From Candidatus Omnitrophota bacterium (GTDB lineage: Bacteria; Omnitrophota; Gorgyraeia; 1-14-0-20-64-10), in NCBI GenBank assembly GCA_030651065.1, contig JAUSCU010000018.1, positions 1-50,347 of the forward strand: a stretch of DNA of 50,347 nucleotides, given 5' to 3'. The notes beneath the pieces were generated by a model, which worked only from the letters and a program-made list of their open reading frames with translations, was not told the DNA's origin and did not search any database. Positions 10,948-18,320 of the stretch are shown here, in pieces. Position numbers and translations under genes: made by a program. Each line of letters opens with the position of its first letter. The stretch's first letter is position 1.

Positions 10948-11420
10948 TGAAGCGCGGTTTTTTGGTTTTCTTGCTGCTGGCATTGGCCGGCTGCGCCACT
11001 TCAACGCAATGGGTCACCTTCCCCATCAGCAGCGGGGGGAAGGGGATCTCGCTCGACGCTTGGCTCAAGGAGCATCCCCTGAAAGCCGACCAGGCGGTCT
11101 CCCTGGAGGAGCTGTCGCGCGGCGAGACCGCCAGCACTCACATCGTCCAGATCCGCAAACAGGAGCCGCTGCACATCCATGAGAACCACGACGCGACGGC
11201 AATCCTGCTCAAGGGACACGGCATTCTTTGGATCGGCGACCGGAAATTGGAACTCAGGCCCGGCAGCATCGTTACGATCCCGCGCGGGCTCCCGCATTCC
11301 TTCACCAACCAGTCCCAAGAGCCCGCGGTGGCCTACGTGGTGTTCAATCCCGCCTTCGACGGGAAGGATTTCGTCCCGGTGACGGTCAGCAGTCAAGAGG
11401 CCCCGGCCGGGAAGAGCTGA
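10947..11420 (+). CDS. cupin-domain lipoprotein
   Basis: Lipobox LLLALAGC at the N-terminus. Cupin motifs [17 protein letters not shown]...IPRGLPHSF. 1-nt overlaps with both neighbours. Confidence 0.65.
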   Translation: MKRGFLVFLLLALAGCATSTQWVTFPISSGGKGISLDAWLKEHPLKADQAVSLEELSRGETASTHIVQIRKQEPLHIHENHDATAILLKGHGILWIGDRKLELRPGSIVTIPRGLPHSFTNQSQEPAVAYVVFNPAFDGKDFVPVTVSSQEAPAGKS

Positions 11421-13234
11421 TGGCGCAGGACACCCACCTACGCAACATCGCGATCATCGCCCACGTGGACCACGGCAAGACCACGCTAGTGGACGCGATG
11501 CTGCGTTATACGCATGCCGTGAGAGGCATTGTCTCCGAGGGGACGCTCATCATGGACTCCATGGACCTGGAGCGTGAGAAGGGGATCACGATCCGGGCCA
11601 AGAACGCCAGCCTCCTGTTCGGCGACGTCAAGATCAACATCGTGGACACGCCGGGCCACGCCGACTTCGGCGGCGAGGTGGAACGAACGCTGCGGATGGT
11701 GGACGGGGCGCTGTTGCTGGTGGACGCCAAGGATGGCCCGATGCCGCAGACCAAGTTCGTCCTGCGCAAAGCGATCGCGCTGGGATTGCCGGTGATCGTG
11801 GTGGTCAACAAGATCGACCGGCCGGACGCCCAGGTAGACGAGGCCTTGAACCGGACCTTCGACCTCTTTGTAGAGCTCAACGCCTCGCACGACCAGTTGG
11901 ATTTCCCGATCGTCTATGCCTCGGCGTTATTGGGTACCGCCACGCTGCACATGGACAAGCCCAGCCCCGACGTCGGCCCCTTGTTCGAGACGATCGTTCA
12001 AAAGATCCCTCCCCCTACCGTGCTTCCGGACGATCCTCTGCAGATCCTGGTGCTGGCGCTCGCCTACGATTCCTTCAAGGGGATGATGGCGATCGGAAAG
12101 ATCCAGGCCGGCTCCATCAAAAAAGGCCAGGCGGTGACGCGGATCGATGCCGCCGGCAAGCAGATCCGCGCCAACGTGCTGGCCCTGCTGGCGTACCAGG
12201 GGTTGGAGCGGATGGAGATCGCGGCGGCCGGCGCCGGTGAGATCGTGGCGGTGGCCGGCTTCGAGGAGATCTCCATCGGCGACACGATCACCGACCCCGA
12301 GCGGCCCCGGCCTTTGCCCCGCGTGGAGATCGAGGAGCCCACACTCCAGATGTCCTTCGCCGTCAACAAAAGCCCCTTCGCCGGAAAGGAGGGCAAGTAC
12401 GTCACCTCCCGCGCGCTGAGGGAGCGGCTGGAGAAGGAGCTGGAGACCAATGTGGCTCTGCGGATGGCCGACACCGACAACCCCGACACGATGCTGGTCT
12501 CCGGGCGGGGCGAGCTTCATCTGGCGATCCTGATCGAGACGATGCGGCGGGAAGGGTACGAGATGGAAGTCTCCCAGCCGGAGGTGGTCTACAAGGAAAA
12601 GGACGGCAAGCGGCAGGAGCCGTTCGAGTTTCTCACCATCGACACGCCGAGTGAGCACCAGGGGATCGTCATGGAAGAACTGGGCCGGCGCCGGGGTGAG
12701 ATGAAGGACATGTCGCATACGGCCACCGGTGAGATCCATCTGGAGTACCACATCACGACCCGCGGCCTGCTGGGCCTCAAGAACATTCTGCTCAAAAAGA
12801 CGCGCGGCACCGCCGTGGCGCACCACATGTTCGAAGGGTACCAGCCGGTCATCACGGACCTTCCGGGCCAACAGCCGCACGGCTCGCTGGTGGCCACCGA
12901 GGACGGCGTCAGTAGTTCCTACGCGATCATGAACATCCAGGAACGGGGGGAGCTGTTTATCGGTCCCACGGTCCCGGTCTATACCGGCATGGTGGTGGGG
13001 CAGACCAGCCGCGACCAGGATCTTGGCGTGAACATCTGCAAGCTGAAGAAACTCACCAACGTCCGCTCCAACGCGGAGGCCACTATCCTGCTGGTCCCGG
13101 CGCGCGAGATGACGTTGGAGCTGTCCCTCGAGTACATCGGCCCCGATGAGCTCCTCGAAGTGACCCCGAAATCCCTCCGGATCCGCAAGCGGATCGGCGA
13201 CCAAAAGCAGCGCCTCCGCTCCCAGAAGGACTAG
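11420..13234 (+). CDS. typA: translational GTPase TypA/BipA
   Basis: [36 protein letters not shown] and the full EF-G-like domain layout. The start is set at the ATG of [13 protein letters not shown]. Confidence 0.92.
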   Translation: MAQDTHLRNIAIIAHVDHGKTTLVDAMLRYTHAVRGIVSEGTLIMDSMDLEREKGITIRAKNASLLFGDVKINIVDTPGHADFGGEVERTLRMVDGALLLVDAKDGPMPQTKFVLRKAIALGLPVIVVVNKIDRPDAQVDEALNRTFDLFVELNASHDQLDFPIVYASALLGTATLHMDKPSPDVGPLFETIVQKIPPPTVLPDDPLQILVLALAYDSFKGMMAIGKIQAGSIKKGQAVTRIDAAGKQIRANVLALLAYQGLERMEIAAAGAGEIVAVAGFEEISIGDTITDPERPRPLPRVEIEEPTLQMSFAVNKSPFAGKEGKYVTSRALRERLEKELETNVALRMADTDNPDTMLVSGRGELHLAILIETMRREGYEMEVSQPEVVYKEKDGKRQEPFEFLTIDTPSEHQGIVMEELGRRRGEMKDMSHTATGEIHLEYHITTRGLLGLKNILLKKTRGTAVAHHMFEGYQPVITDLPGQQPHGSLVATEDGVSSSYAIMNIQERGELFIGPTVPVYTGMVVGQTSRDQDLGVNICKLKKLTNVRSNAEATILLVPAREMTLELSLEYIGPDELLEVTPKSLRIRKRIGDQKQRLRSQKD

Positions 13235-13268
13235 CCAAATTCCTCTCAAACCCGCTTTTTTTATTTTG

Positions 13269-13300
13269 CCTGGATAGTAGACAAAGTTCTGCTATTCAGG
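13269..13300 (+). repeat. hairpin H0: 12-bp stem (two G-U pairs when read on the + strand), 8-nt loop
   Basis: cctggatagtag/acaaagtt/ctgctattcagg. Pairs c69-g300 ... g80-c89, with 13273-13296 and 13278-13291 as G-T. Confidence 0.6.
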
Positions 13301-13316
13301 TAGAATTGGCTGCGTG

Positions 13317-13351
13317 AAAACTTGAGGTCGCAATTTGCGACTTCAAGTTTT
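13317..13351. repeat. hairpin H1 of the TCRCA-N3-TGYGA family (16 bp, one G-T); A-tract/T-tract flanks resemble a bidirectional intrinsic terminator
   Basis: aaaacttgaggtcgca-att-tgcgacttcaagtttt. It lies 83 nt after the typA stop and 18 nt before the ORF6N ATG. Confidence 0.85.
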
Positions 13352-13544
13352 TCCAGGGAGGATTGCGAATGGAGTTACAGATTGAGAAGAAGATTCTTTT
13401 TCTGCGTGGGCACAGGGTAATGCTGGATACCGATCTGGCGGCGCTTTATGGAGTTCCCACTGGAGTGTTAAACCAAGCGGTCAGACGGAACATGGACCGA
13501 TTTCCGGACGATTTTATGTTCCAACTTACCCGTGAGGAGATCGA

Positions 13545-13571
13545 GAGGATATCACAATTTGTGATATCCTC
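13545..13571. repeat. hairpin H2 of the TCRCA-N3-TGYGA family (13 bp perfect, 1-nt centre)
   Basis: gaggatatcacaa-t-ttgtgatatcctc; read in the ORF frame as R-I-S-Q-F-V-I-S-S. Confidence 0.9.
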
Positions 13572-13610
13572 CGGCGGCTATAGAACCTGTGATCTCAAAA
13601 GGCAAGAATC

Positions 13611-13637
13611 TCTAAGATCACAGTTTGTGATCTTAGA
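13611..13637. repeat. hairpin H3 of the TCRCA-N3-TGYGA family (12 bp perfect, 3-nt loop)
   Basis: tctaagatcaca-gtt-tgtgatcttaga; read in the ORF frame as L-R-S-Q-F-V-I-L-E. Confidence 0.9.
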
Positions 13638-13644
13638 ACATCTT

Positions 13645-13665
13645 GGTATCGCAAAATGCGATACC
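13645..13665. repeat. hairpin H4 of the TCRCA-N3-TGYGA family (9 bp perfect, 3-nt loop)
   Basis: ggtatcgca-aaa-tgcgatacc. Reads G-I-A-K-C-D-T in the ORF frame and V-S-Q-N-A-I-P in the +1 frame. Confidence 0.85.
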
Positions 13666-13753
13666 TGGAATTGGGAGAACTACGGCCATGGAACATTGCT
13701 ATCTTTTGCTGAGATGCGCGGGTTGGGTGGTGCGGGAGGGAAGCGAAAGGGAA

Positions 13754-14932
13754 CTACGAGCGCGGCCGGAAAAGGCCGAGGCTCGCCGTGAAGCCGTGGA
13801 TGTAGTTGCGCGGTCCGATCGGCCCGATCTCCCCGTTGCAGAAGAAGCCGGCGACGGGACAGCCGGGCCCGACCGCCTCCCGGATCATCCGGACATCCAC
13901 GTCGGGCTCCCCGTAGAGGTCCCGGCCGCGGCCGAGGCAGCTGAACAGCAGCCCGCCGCTGAATCCGGACTTGGGCAACGAGCCCTGGCCGAGCAGGGTC
14001 TGGAGGTCCTCGCGTGAGGTGCCGGCGTCCCGCACGTGGAACTGCACGGTTTGGCCGGTCTGGATCTTGTCTCCCACGGCTAGCGCCCCCACGGAAGGAT
14101 CCATGCCGATGAGGTTCCGGATCAGGAAATCCCCCCGCTGGAACTTTTCCTTGTACTCGTCCATCACCACCCCCAGCAGCAGCGCCTGCCGGGCCAGCTT
14201 CTTATCGGCTTCCGACAGCTCGCCGTAGAGCTGCTGGAGCGTATTCATAGCCGGCTGGCCGGCCAACTCCAGGATCACGTTCTCCTCGGCCCGGGTGATG
14301 ATGTAGGGCCGGCCGACCGGCCGGCAGCCCTGCGAGACCACGGTTTCGAGCCGGATGTCGCCGGTCAGCAGAAGACCGACCGCTCCTTCCGGGACAATAT
14401 CGTCGTTGAAGAAGAGGGCGTTGCCGCCGGCTTCCGAAGCCCCGCTGGCTAAACCCCCAATGAGCGGCATCTTGGGATAAACAGCGTTTAAACCCGAGAC
14501 CAGCCCCATGCAATCGCAGCTGAACGGGTCCGGCAGCAGGATGCCGGAGGGCTCTTCTTTTGGGTTGACGCCGGTCTTCTCGATCCAAAAGCCCGGCTCC
14601 TGTTGTTCCGCCAATTCCTGAGGGGTGACGGTAAACGGATGCAGTTTCACGCCCGGTAGATGGGCCAGGGAGAGCGAGAGGGCCGGCGCATGCTCCAACT
14701 CTTTTCCGGCTCCCAGCACTCCGCCGGCGGTGCAGCCGAGCAGCAGCGGCGAGCCCAGCTCCTTCCGGAGCCGGCGCAGCAGCGGTTGCCACTCGGTCCG
14801 GTACAGGCCGGAGACGAACAGGAAAGCGGCATGTGCCGGTTTGCCCTGCAGGGAGGGGAGGGCTTGGGCGGCCGCGGCCTCAAGGGCTTTCGAGGGATCG
14901 GTTTGGTCGGAGATTCCGGCGGCAAAAAGCAT
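13754..14932 (-). CDS. FIST-domain (FIST_N + FIST_C) sensory protein
   Basis: 392 aa. The overall pattern and the C-terminal ...GFFCNGEIGPIG... are characteristic of FIST_C. No output domain is fused. Confidence 0.65.
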   Translation of the reverse strand: MLFAAGISDQTDPSKALEAAAAQALPSLQGKPAHAAFLFVSGLYRTEWQPLLRRLRKELGSPLLLGCTAGGVLGAGKELEHAPALSLSLAHLPGVKLHPFTVTPQELAEQQEPGFWIEKTGVNPKEEPSGILLPDPFSCDCMGLVSGLNAVYPKMPLIGGLASGASEAGGNALFFNDDIVPEGAVGLLLTGDIRLETVVSQGCRPVGRPYIITRAEENVILELAGQPAMNTLQQLYGELSEADKKLARQALLLGVVMDEYKEKFQRGDFLIRNLIGMDPSVGALAVGDKIQTGQTVQFHVRDAGTSREDLQTLLGQGSLPKSGFSGGLLFSCLGRGRDLYGEPDVDVRMIREAVGPGCPVAGFFCNGEIGPIGPRNYIHGFTASLGLFRPRS

Positions 14933-14955
14933 TATAATGGGGATTCTATCATTTC

Positions 14956-15453
14956 ATGCCTAAAGATCACAGCTTGGACATCGTCTCAAAGGTCAATCCC
15001 CAGGAACTGCGCAACGCGGTCCAGATGGCGCAGAAGGAGATCCAGACCCGCTTTGATTTCAGGGGTTCCAGCGCCGGCATCCTGATGGAGGAGAAGCCGC
15101 CGGCGCTCAAGCTGACGGCTGACCACCTGATGCAGCTCAAGAGCGTGGTGGACCTTCTGCAGGACAAGCTCGGCCGCCGCGGCGTCTCGCTGAAGTCGTT
15201 CGTCTGGAAGGAACCGGAACAGCTTCCGGCCGGCGGCACCAAGCAGCAAGCGGACCTGCAGCAGGGGATCTCTTCCGAGAAGGGGAGGGAGATCGTCAAA
15301 GCGGTCAAGGGGCTGGGGCTTAAAGTGGATGCCAAGATCGAGGGGGACTCGGTACGCGTGTACGCGAAGCAGATCGACGACCTCCAGACGGTGATGCAGG
15401 GCTTGAAGGACAAGGATTTGGGGATCCCGCTCCAGTTCGAGAATTACCGCTGA
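14956..15453 (+). CDS. yajQ: YajQ-family nucleotide (cyclic-di-GMP)-binding protein
   Basis: Colinear with E. coli YajQ: ...DIVSKVN.QELRNAV..A.KEI.TRFDFRG...IEGDSVRVYAKQIDDLQTVM..LKDKDLGIPLQFENYR. Confidence 0.88.
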   Translation: MPKDHSLDIVSKVNPQELRNAVQMAQKEIQTRFDFRGSSAGILMEEKPPALKLTADHLMQLKSVVDLLQDKLGRRGVSLKSFVWKEPEQLPAGGTKQQADLQQGISSEKGREIVKAVKGLGLKVDAKIEGDSVRVYAKQIDDLQTVMQGLKDKDLGIPLQFENYR

Positions 15454-15486
15454 TGCGCACTCATTACACAAAAGGAGAATAGGGAA

Positions 15487-15858
15487 ATGAAAAGGAACGG
15501 ATGGATCGCGGCAATTTTCGCACTGGGTTTCATCGGCGTCCTGTCCATGCGGGCTTTGGCCGAGGAAACACCGGCAGTCCCGCCGGCTGTGGAGGTGGAA
15601 GAGCCGGAGTACGCGTTCGGGACGGCCAAGAGCGTTGAGGGGGACACGCTGGTGATCAATGAGTTTGACTACGATACCGGCGAAGAGAAGGAAGCCACGT
15701 ACTGGGTGGACTCCAAGACGGAGTATGACAATGTCGCATCGCTCAAAGAGGTTGCCGCCGGCGACGAGGTGGACATCGACTATCTCGTGAAGGACGGCAA
15801 GAAGGTGGCCGTGGCGATCTCGGTCGCCAAGCCGGTGGAAGGAGAAGAGGGGGAGTAA
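15487..15858 (+). CDS. small acidic exported protein, hypothetical
   Basis: 123 aa with a signal peptide (MKRNGWIAAIFALGFIGVLSMRALA). AGGAG-type RBS upstream. No recognisable family. Confidence 0.5.
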   Translation: MKRNGWIAAIFALGFIGVLSMRALAEETPAVPPAVEVEEPEYAFGTAKSVEGDTLVINEFDYDTGEEKEATYWVDSKTEYDNVASLKEVAAGDEVDIDYLVKDGKKVAVAISVAKPVEGEEGE

Positions 15859-15890
15859 CGCGCGCCCAGGTCACACTCCCCGGTGGCTTG

Positions 15891-18320
15891 ATGGCGCAGA
15901 GTCTTTTTCCGGTTGAGCAGAAGTTGACCCCCATGATGGAGCAGTACCGCTCCATCCAGAAGACCCTCGCGCCGGATACGGTCTTGTTCTTCCATCTCGG
16001 CGATTTCTACGAGATGTTCTTCGAGGACGCCGTCCGGGCTTCCGAGATCCTCGGCATTACGCTGACCGGCCGCGACGCCGGCCCCGCCGGCCGCGTGCCG
16101 ATGTGCGGCATTCCCACCCACGCTTTCCAGCAATACGTCCGCCTGCTGCTGGACCGCAACCTGAAGGTGGCGGTCTGCGAGCAGATCGGAGATCTCCAGC
16201 CGGCAAAGGGGCTGGTGCTGCGCAAGATCACCCGGATCATCACGCCGGCTACCTACCTGGATGAGGAAACCAAACCGCCCCAAGCCGAATACCTGCTGGC
16301 CGTGGCGGCCGAATCTTCCCGATGCGCGTTGGCGGCTCTGGATTTGGGGACCGGGGAATTCTTCGTCCGGGAAGTGGACAGGGCCCGCCTGCCGAATGAG
16401 CTTTCGCTGTTACAGCCCCGGGAAGTGATCCTTTCCAAGAGTTTTTCGCGGGAGTCCCAATCGGCGGAGCTGCTCAAGGAAAATGGTCAGGCGACGGTGA
16501 CCGTTTATGAGGATTGGATCTTCGAGGCGCGGGAAGGGGCGCGGCTGTTGAAGGAAGGGTTCGCCCTGGCTTCCGAGAGGGTGGTGTCCTTTCATGACCG
16601 CCCTCTGGCGGTGTCCGCGGTCGGCGCCGTGCTCTATTACCTGAAGGATCACCTCCAGCCTTCGCTGGGACATCTGCGCCTGCCGGTTCTCCTGGAGGCG
16701 CGGGACTTCATGGCGCTGGACCGCCAAACGGTTCGCAGCCTGGAGCTGGTGTCCGGCACCTCTCTGCTGGGGTGCCTGGACCAGACGTTGACTCCGATGG
16801 GCAGCCGCTTATTGCGCCACTGGGTTCTCCACCCCCTGTTGAAGCTGGAGGCGGTGCTGCACCGGCAGGAAGGGACCGCCGAGTTGGCGGCCGGTCCGGA
16901 ACTCCTCCAGGCGCTGCGCTCCCTCTTGAAGGGGGTGCGGGACGTTGAGCGGTTTTTAAGCCGCCTCAATTGCGGCGTTGCCAACGCCCGGGATCTGCTG
17001 GGTCTCAAACTGTTCCTGGAGCGGGTGCCGCAGCTGCAGGATTGCTTGAAGGAAACCCGGTGCCGGATCCTTGCCGAGCTCCGCGGCTCGATGGAACCGT
17101 TCCCGAAGATCCGGGAACTCATCGAGCGGGCCATCGTGGAGGGGCCGCCCCTTTCCCTAAAAGAAGGGGGCATGATCCGGGACGGCTACTCCGCCGAGCT
17201 GGACGAGCTGCGGGGTTTGGCGGCCAAGGGTAAATCCTGGCTGGTGGAGTTCGAGCGGCGGGAAGCGGAGCGGACCGGAATCAAGTCGCTGCGGGTCCGC
17301 TACAACCAGGTGTTCGGCTACTCAATCGAGGTGAGCAAGCTGAACCTCCACCGGGTGCCCCCCGAATACCAACGCCGGCAGACGCTGGCCAACGCCGAGC
17401 GGTTCGTGGTGCCGGAGCTGGTGCAGTGGGACGAGAAGATCAGCGGCGCGCAGGAGAAGATCAAGGATCTGGAAGTCCGGCTGTTCATGGAGGTGCGGGA
17501 CCGGGTGCTTGGAGATCTGGCCGGCCTGCAGGCGGTCGCGCGGGCGGTGGGGGAGCTGGATGCCCTGGCGTCACTCGCCTTCACGGCGGTCCGGAACCAA
17601 TGGGTTCGGCCGCAGGTGAGCGATTCCCTGGAATTGGAGATCAAGGGGGGCCGGCATCCGGTCGTGGAAGCGATGCTGCCGGCGGGAAAATTCGTGGAGA
17701 ACGACGCCTTCCTCGATGGTGCCGGCCAGCAGCTGATCGTTCTGACCGGCCCGAACATGGCCGGAAAGTCCACCTACCTCCGGCAGACCGCGCTGATCGT
17801 GCTACTGGCGCAGACCGGCTCCTTTGTTCCCGCCAAGTCGGCCCGGATCGGGCTGGTAGACCGGATCTTCACGCGCGTGGGGGCGCGCGACGACCTGGCC
17901 CACGGCGAGAGCACCTTCATGGTGGAGATGATTGAGATGGCCCAGATCCTCGGAGCGGCAACCGGCAAAAGCCTGCTGATCCTGGACGAGGTGGGGCGGG
18001 GCACCTCCACGTTCGATGGAGTGAGCTTGGCCTGGGCGATCTGCGAGCATTTGGCGGCCGGTCCGGTCCGCCCGCGAACACTGTTCGCGACCCACTATCA
18101 TGAGCTGATCCAGTTGGAGCGGGAATTCCCCTCGGTCAAAAACTTCACCACCCTGGTTCGGGAGACGCCGGATGGGATATTTTTCCTTAGAAAAGTGGCG
18201 CCCGGCGGATCAGATCGCAGCTACGGAATCCACGTGGCCCGTTTGGCCGGCATCCCGGCTTCTGTCACGCAGCGGGCGGAGGAAATCCTCAAGGTGCTCG
18301 AGAGCGAGAAAAAAGTCTGA
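15891..18320 (+). CDS. mutS: DNA mismatch repair protein MutS
   Basis: TPMMEQYRSIQ, FYEMFFEDA, Walker A GPNMAGKST, DEVGRGTSTFDG, THYHEL. Confidence 0.93.
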   Translation: MAQSLFPVEQKLTPMMEQYRSIQKTLAPDTVLFFHLGDFYEMFFEDAVRASEILGITLTGRDAGPAGRVPMCGIPTHAFQQYVRLLLDRNLKVAVCEQIGDLQPAKGLVLRKITRIITPATYLDEETKPPQAEYLLAVAAESSRCALAALDLGTGEFFVREVDRARLPNELSLLQPREVILSKSFSRESQSAELLKENGQATVTVYEDWIFEAREGARLLKEGFALASERVVSFHDRPLAVSAVGAVLYYLKDHLQPSLGHLRLPVLLEARDFMALDRQTVRSLELVSGTSLLGCLDQTLTPMGSRLLRHWVLHPLLKLEAVLHRQEGTAELAAGPELLQALRSLLKGVRDVERFLSRLNCGVANARDLLGLKLFLERVPQLQDCLKETRCRILAELRGSMEPFPKIRELIERAIVEGPPLSLKEGGMIRDGYSAELDELRGLAAKGKSWLVEFERREAERTGIKSLRVRYNQVFGYSIEVSKLNLHRVPPEYQRRQTLANAERFVVPELVQWDEKISGAQEKIKDLEVRLFMEVRDRVLGDLAGLQAVARAVGELDALASLAFTAVRNQWVRPQVSDSLELEIKGGRHPVVEAMLPAGKFVENDAFLDGAGQQLIVLTGPNMAGKSTYLRQTALIVLLAQTGSFVPAKSARIGLVDRIFTRVGARDDLAHGESTFMVEMIEMAQILGAATGKSLLILDEVGRGTSTFDGVSLAWAICEHLAAGPVRPRTLFATHYHELIQLEREFPSVKNFTTLVRETPDGIFFLRKVAPGGSDRSYGIHVARLAGIPASVTQRAEEILKVLESEKKV

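Larger units (their letters stand above)
13369..13791 (+). pseudogene. ORF6N (KilA-N-like DNA-binding) domain gene, apparently truncated or degenerate after about 65 aa
   Basis: MELQIEKKILFLRGHRVMLDTDLAALYGVPTGVLNQAVRRNMDRFPDDFMFQLTREE matches the ORF6N N-domain as I recall it. The expected C-terminal part (..GGRR..YAFTEQG..) is absent and is replaced by repeated SQFVI-type segments. GGAGG sits 7 nt upstream of the ATG. The 3' end reads through into the convergent FIST gene. Confidence 0.55.

Noticed and set aside
11228-11419. 64-aa N-terminal extension of the typA ORF. Analogous extensions occur on rpmF (27353), plsX (27466), the receiver (21476), ribD (46060), the ankyrin gene (46926), the cupin gene (10908) and rpmB (up to 23863)
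   Set aside because: The extensions overlap the upstream gene in another frame and lack homology. Conserved N-termini begin at internal starts that abut or overlap the upstream stop codons.
11927-13249. 440-aa minus-strand ORF antisense to typA. Similar cases: 2188-3264 (secDF), 22054-23226 (DUF4139-like), 28410-29348 (fabH), 37253-38281 (smc), 19193-20011 (mutL), 47692-48773 (ribE)
   Set aside because: All overlap strongly supported + strand genes, show low-complexity R/G/P/H/L composition, and lack RBS or start context. I treat them as GC-driven shadow ORFs.
13251-13267. T-tract (cgctttttttatttt) right after typA, considered as an intrinsic terminator
   Set aside because: There is no GC-rich stem directly upstream of the T-run. 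Hairpin H1, about 60 nt further on, is a better terminator candidate.
13643-14017. 124-aa ORF starting MVSQNAIPG..., overlapping the FIST gene antisense
   Set aside because: Only the first 8 or so codons are meaningful, as the frame-shifted reading of hairpin H4. The remainder is antisense to the FIST gene and compositionally junk.
15850-15881. 7-bp inverted repeat ggggagt...actcccc spanning the stop codon of the small exported-protein gene
   Set aside because: It has an 18-nt loop, no following T-tract, and sits only 10 nt before mutS. It is too weak to call a terminator or a regulatory hairpin.
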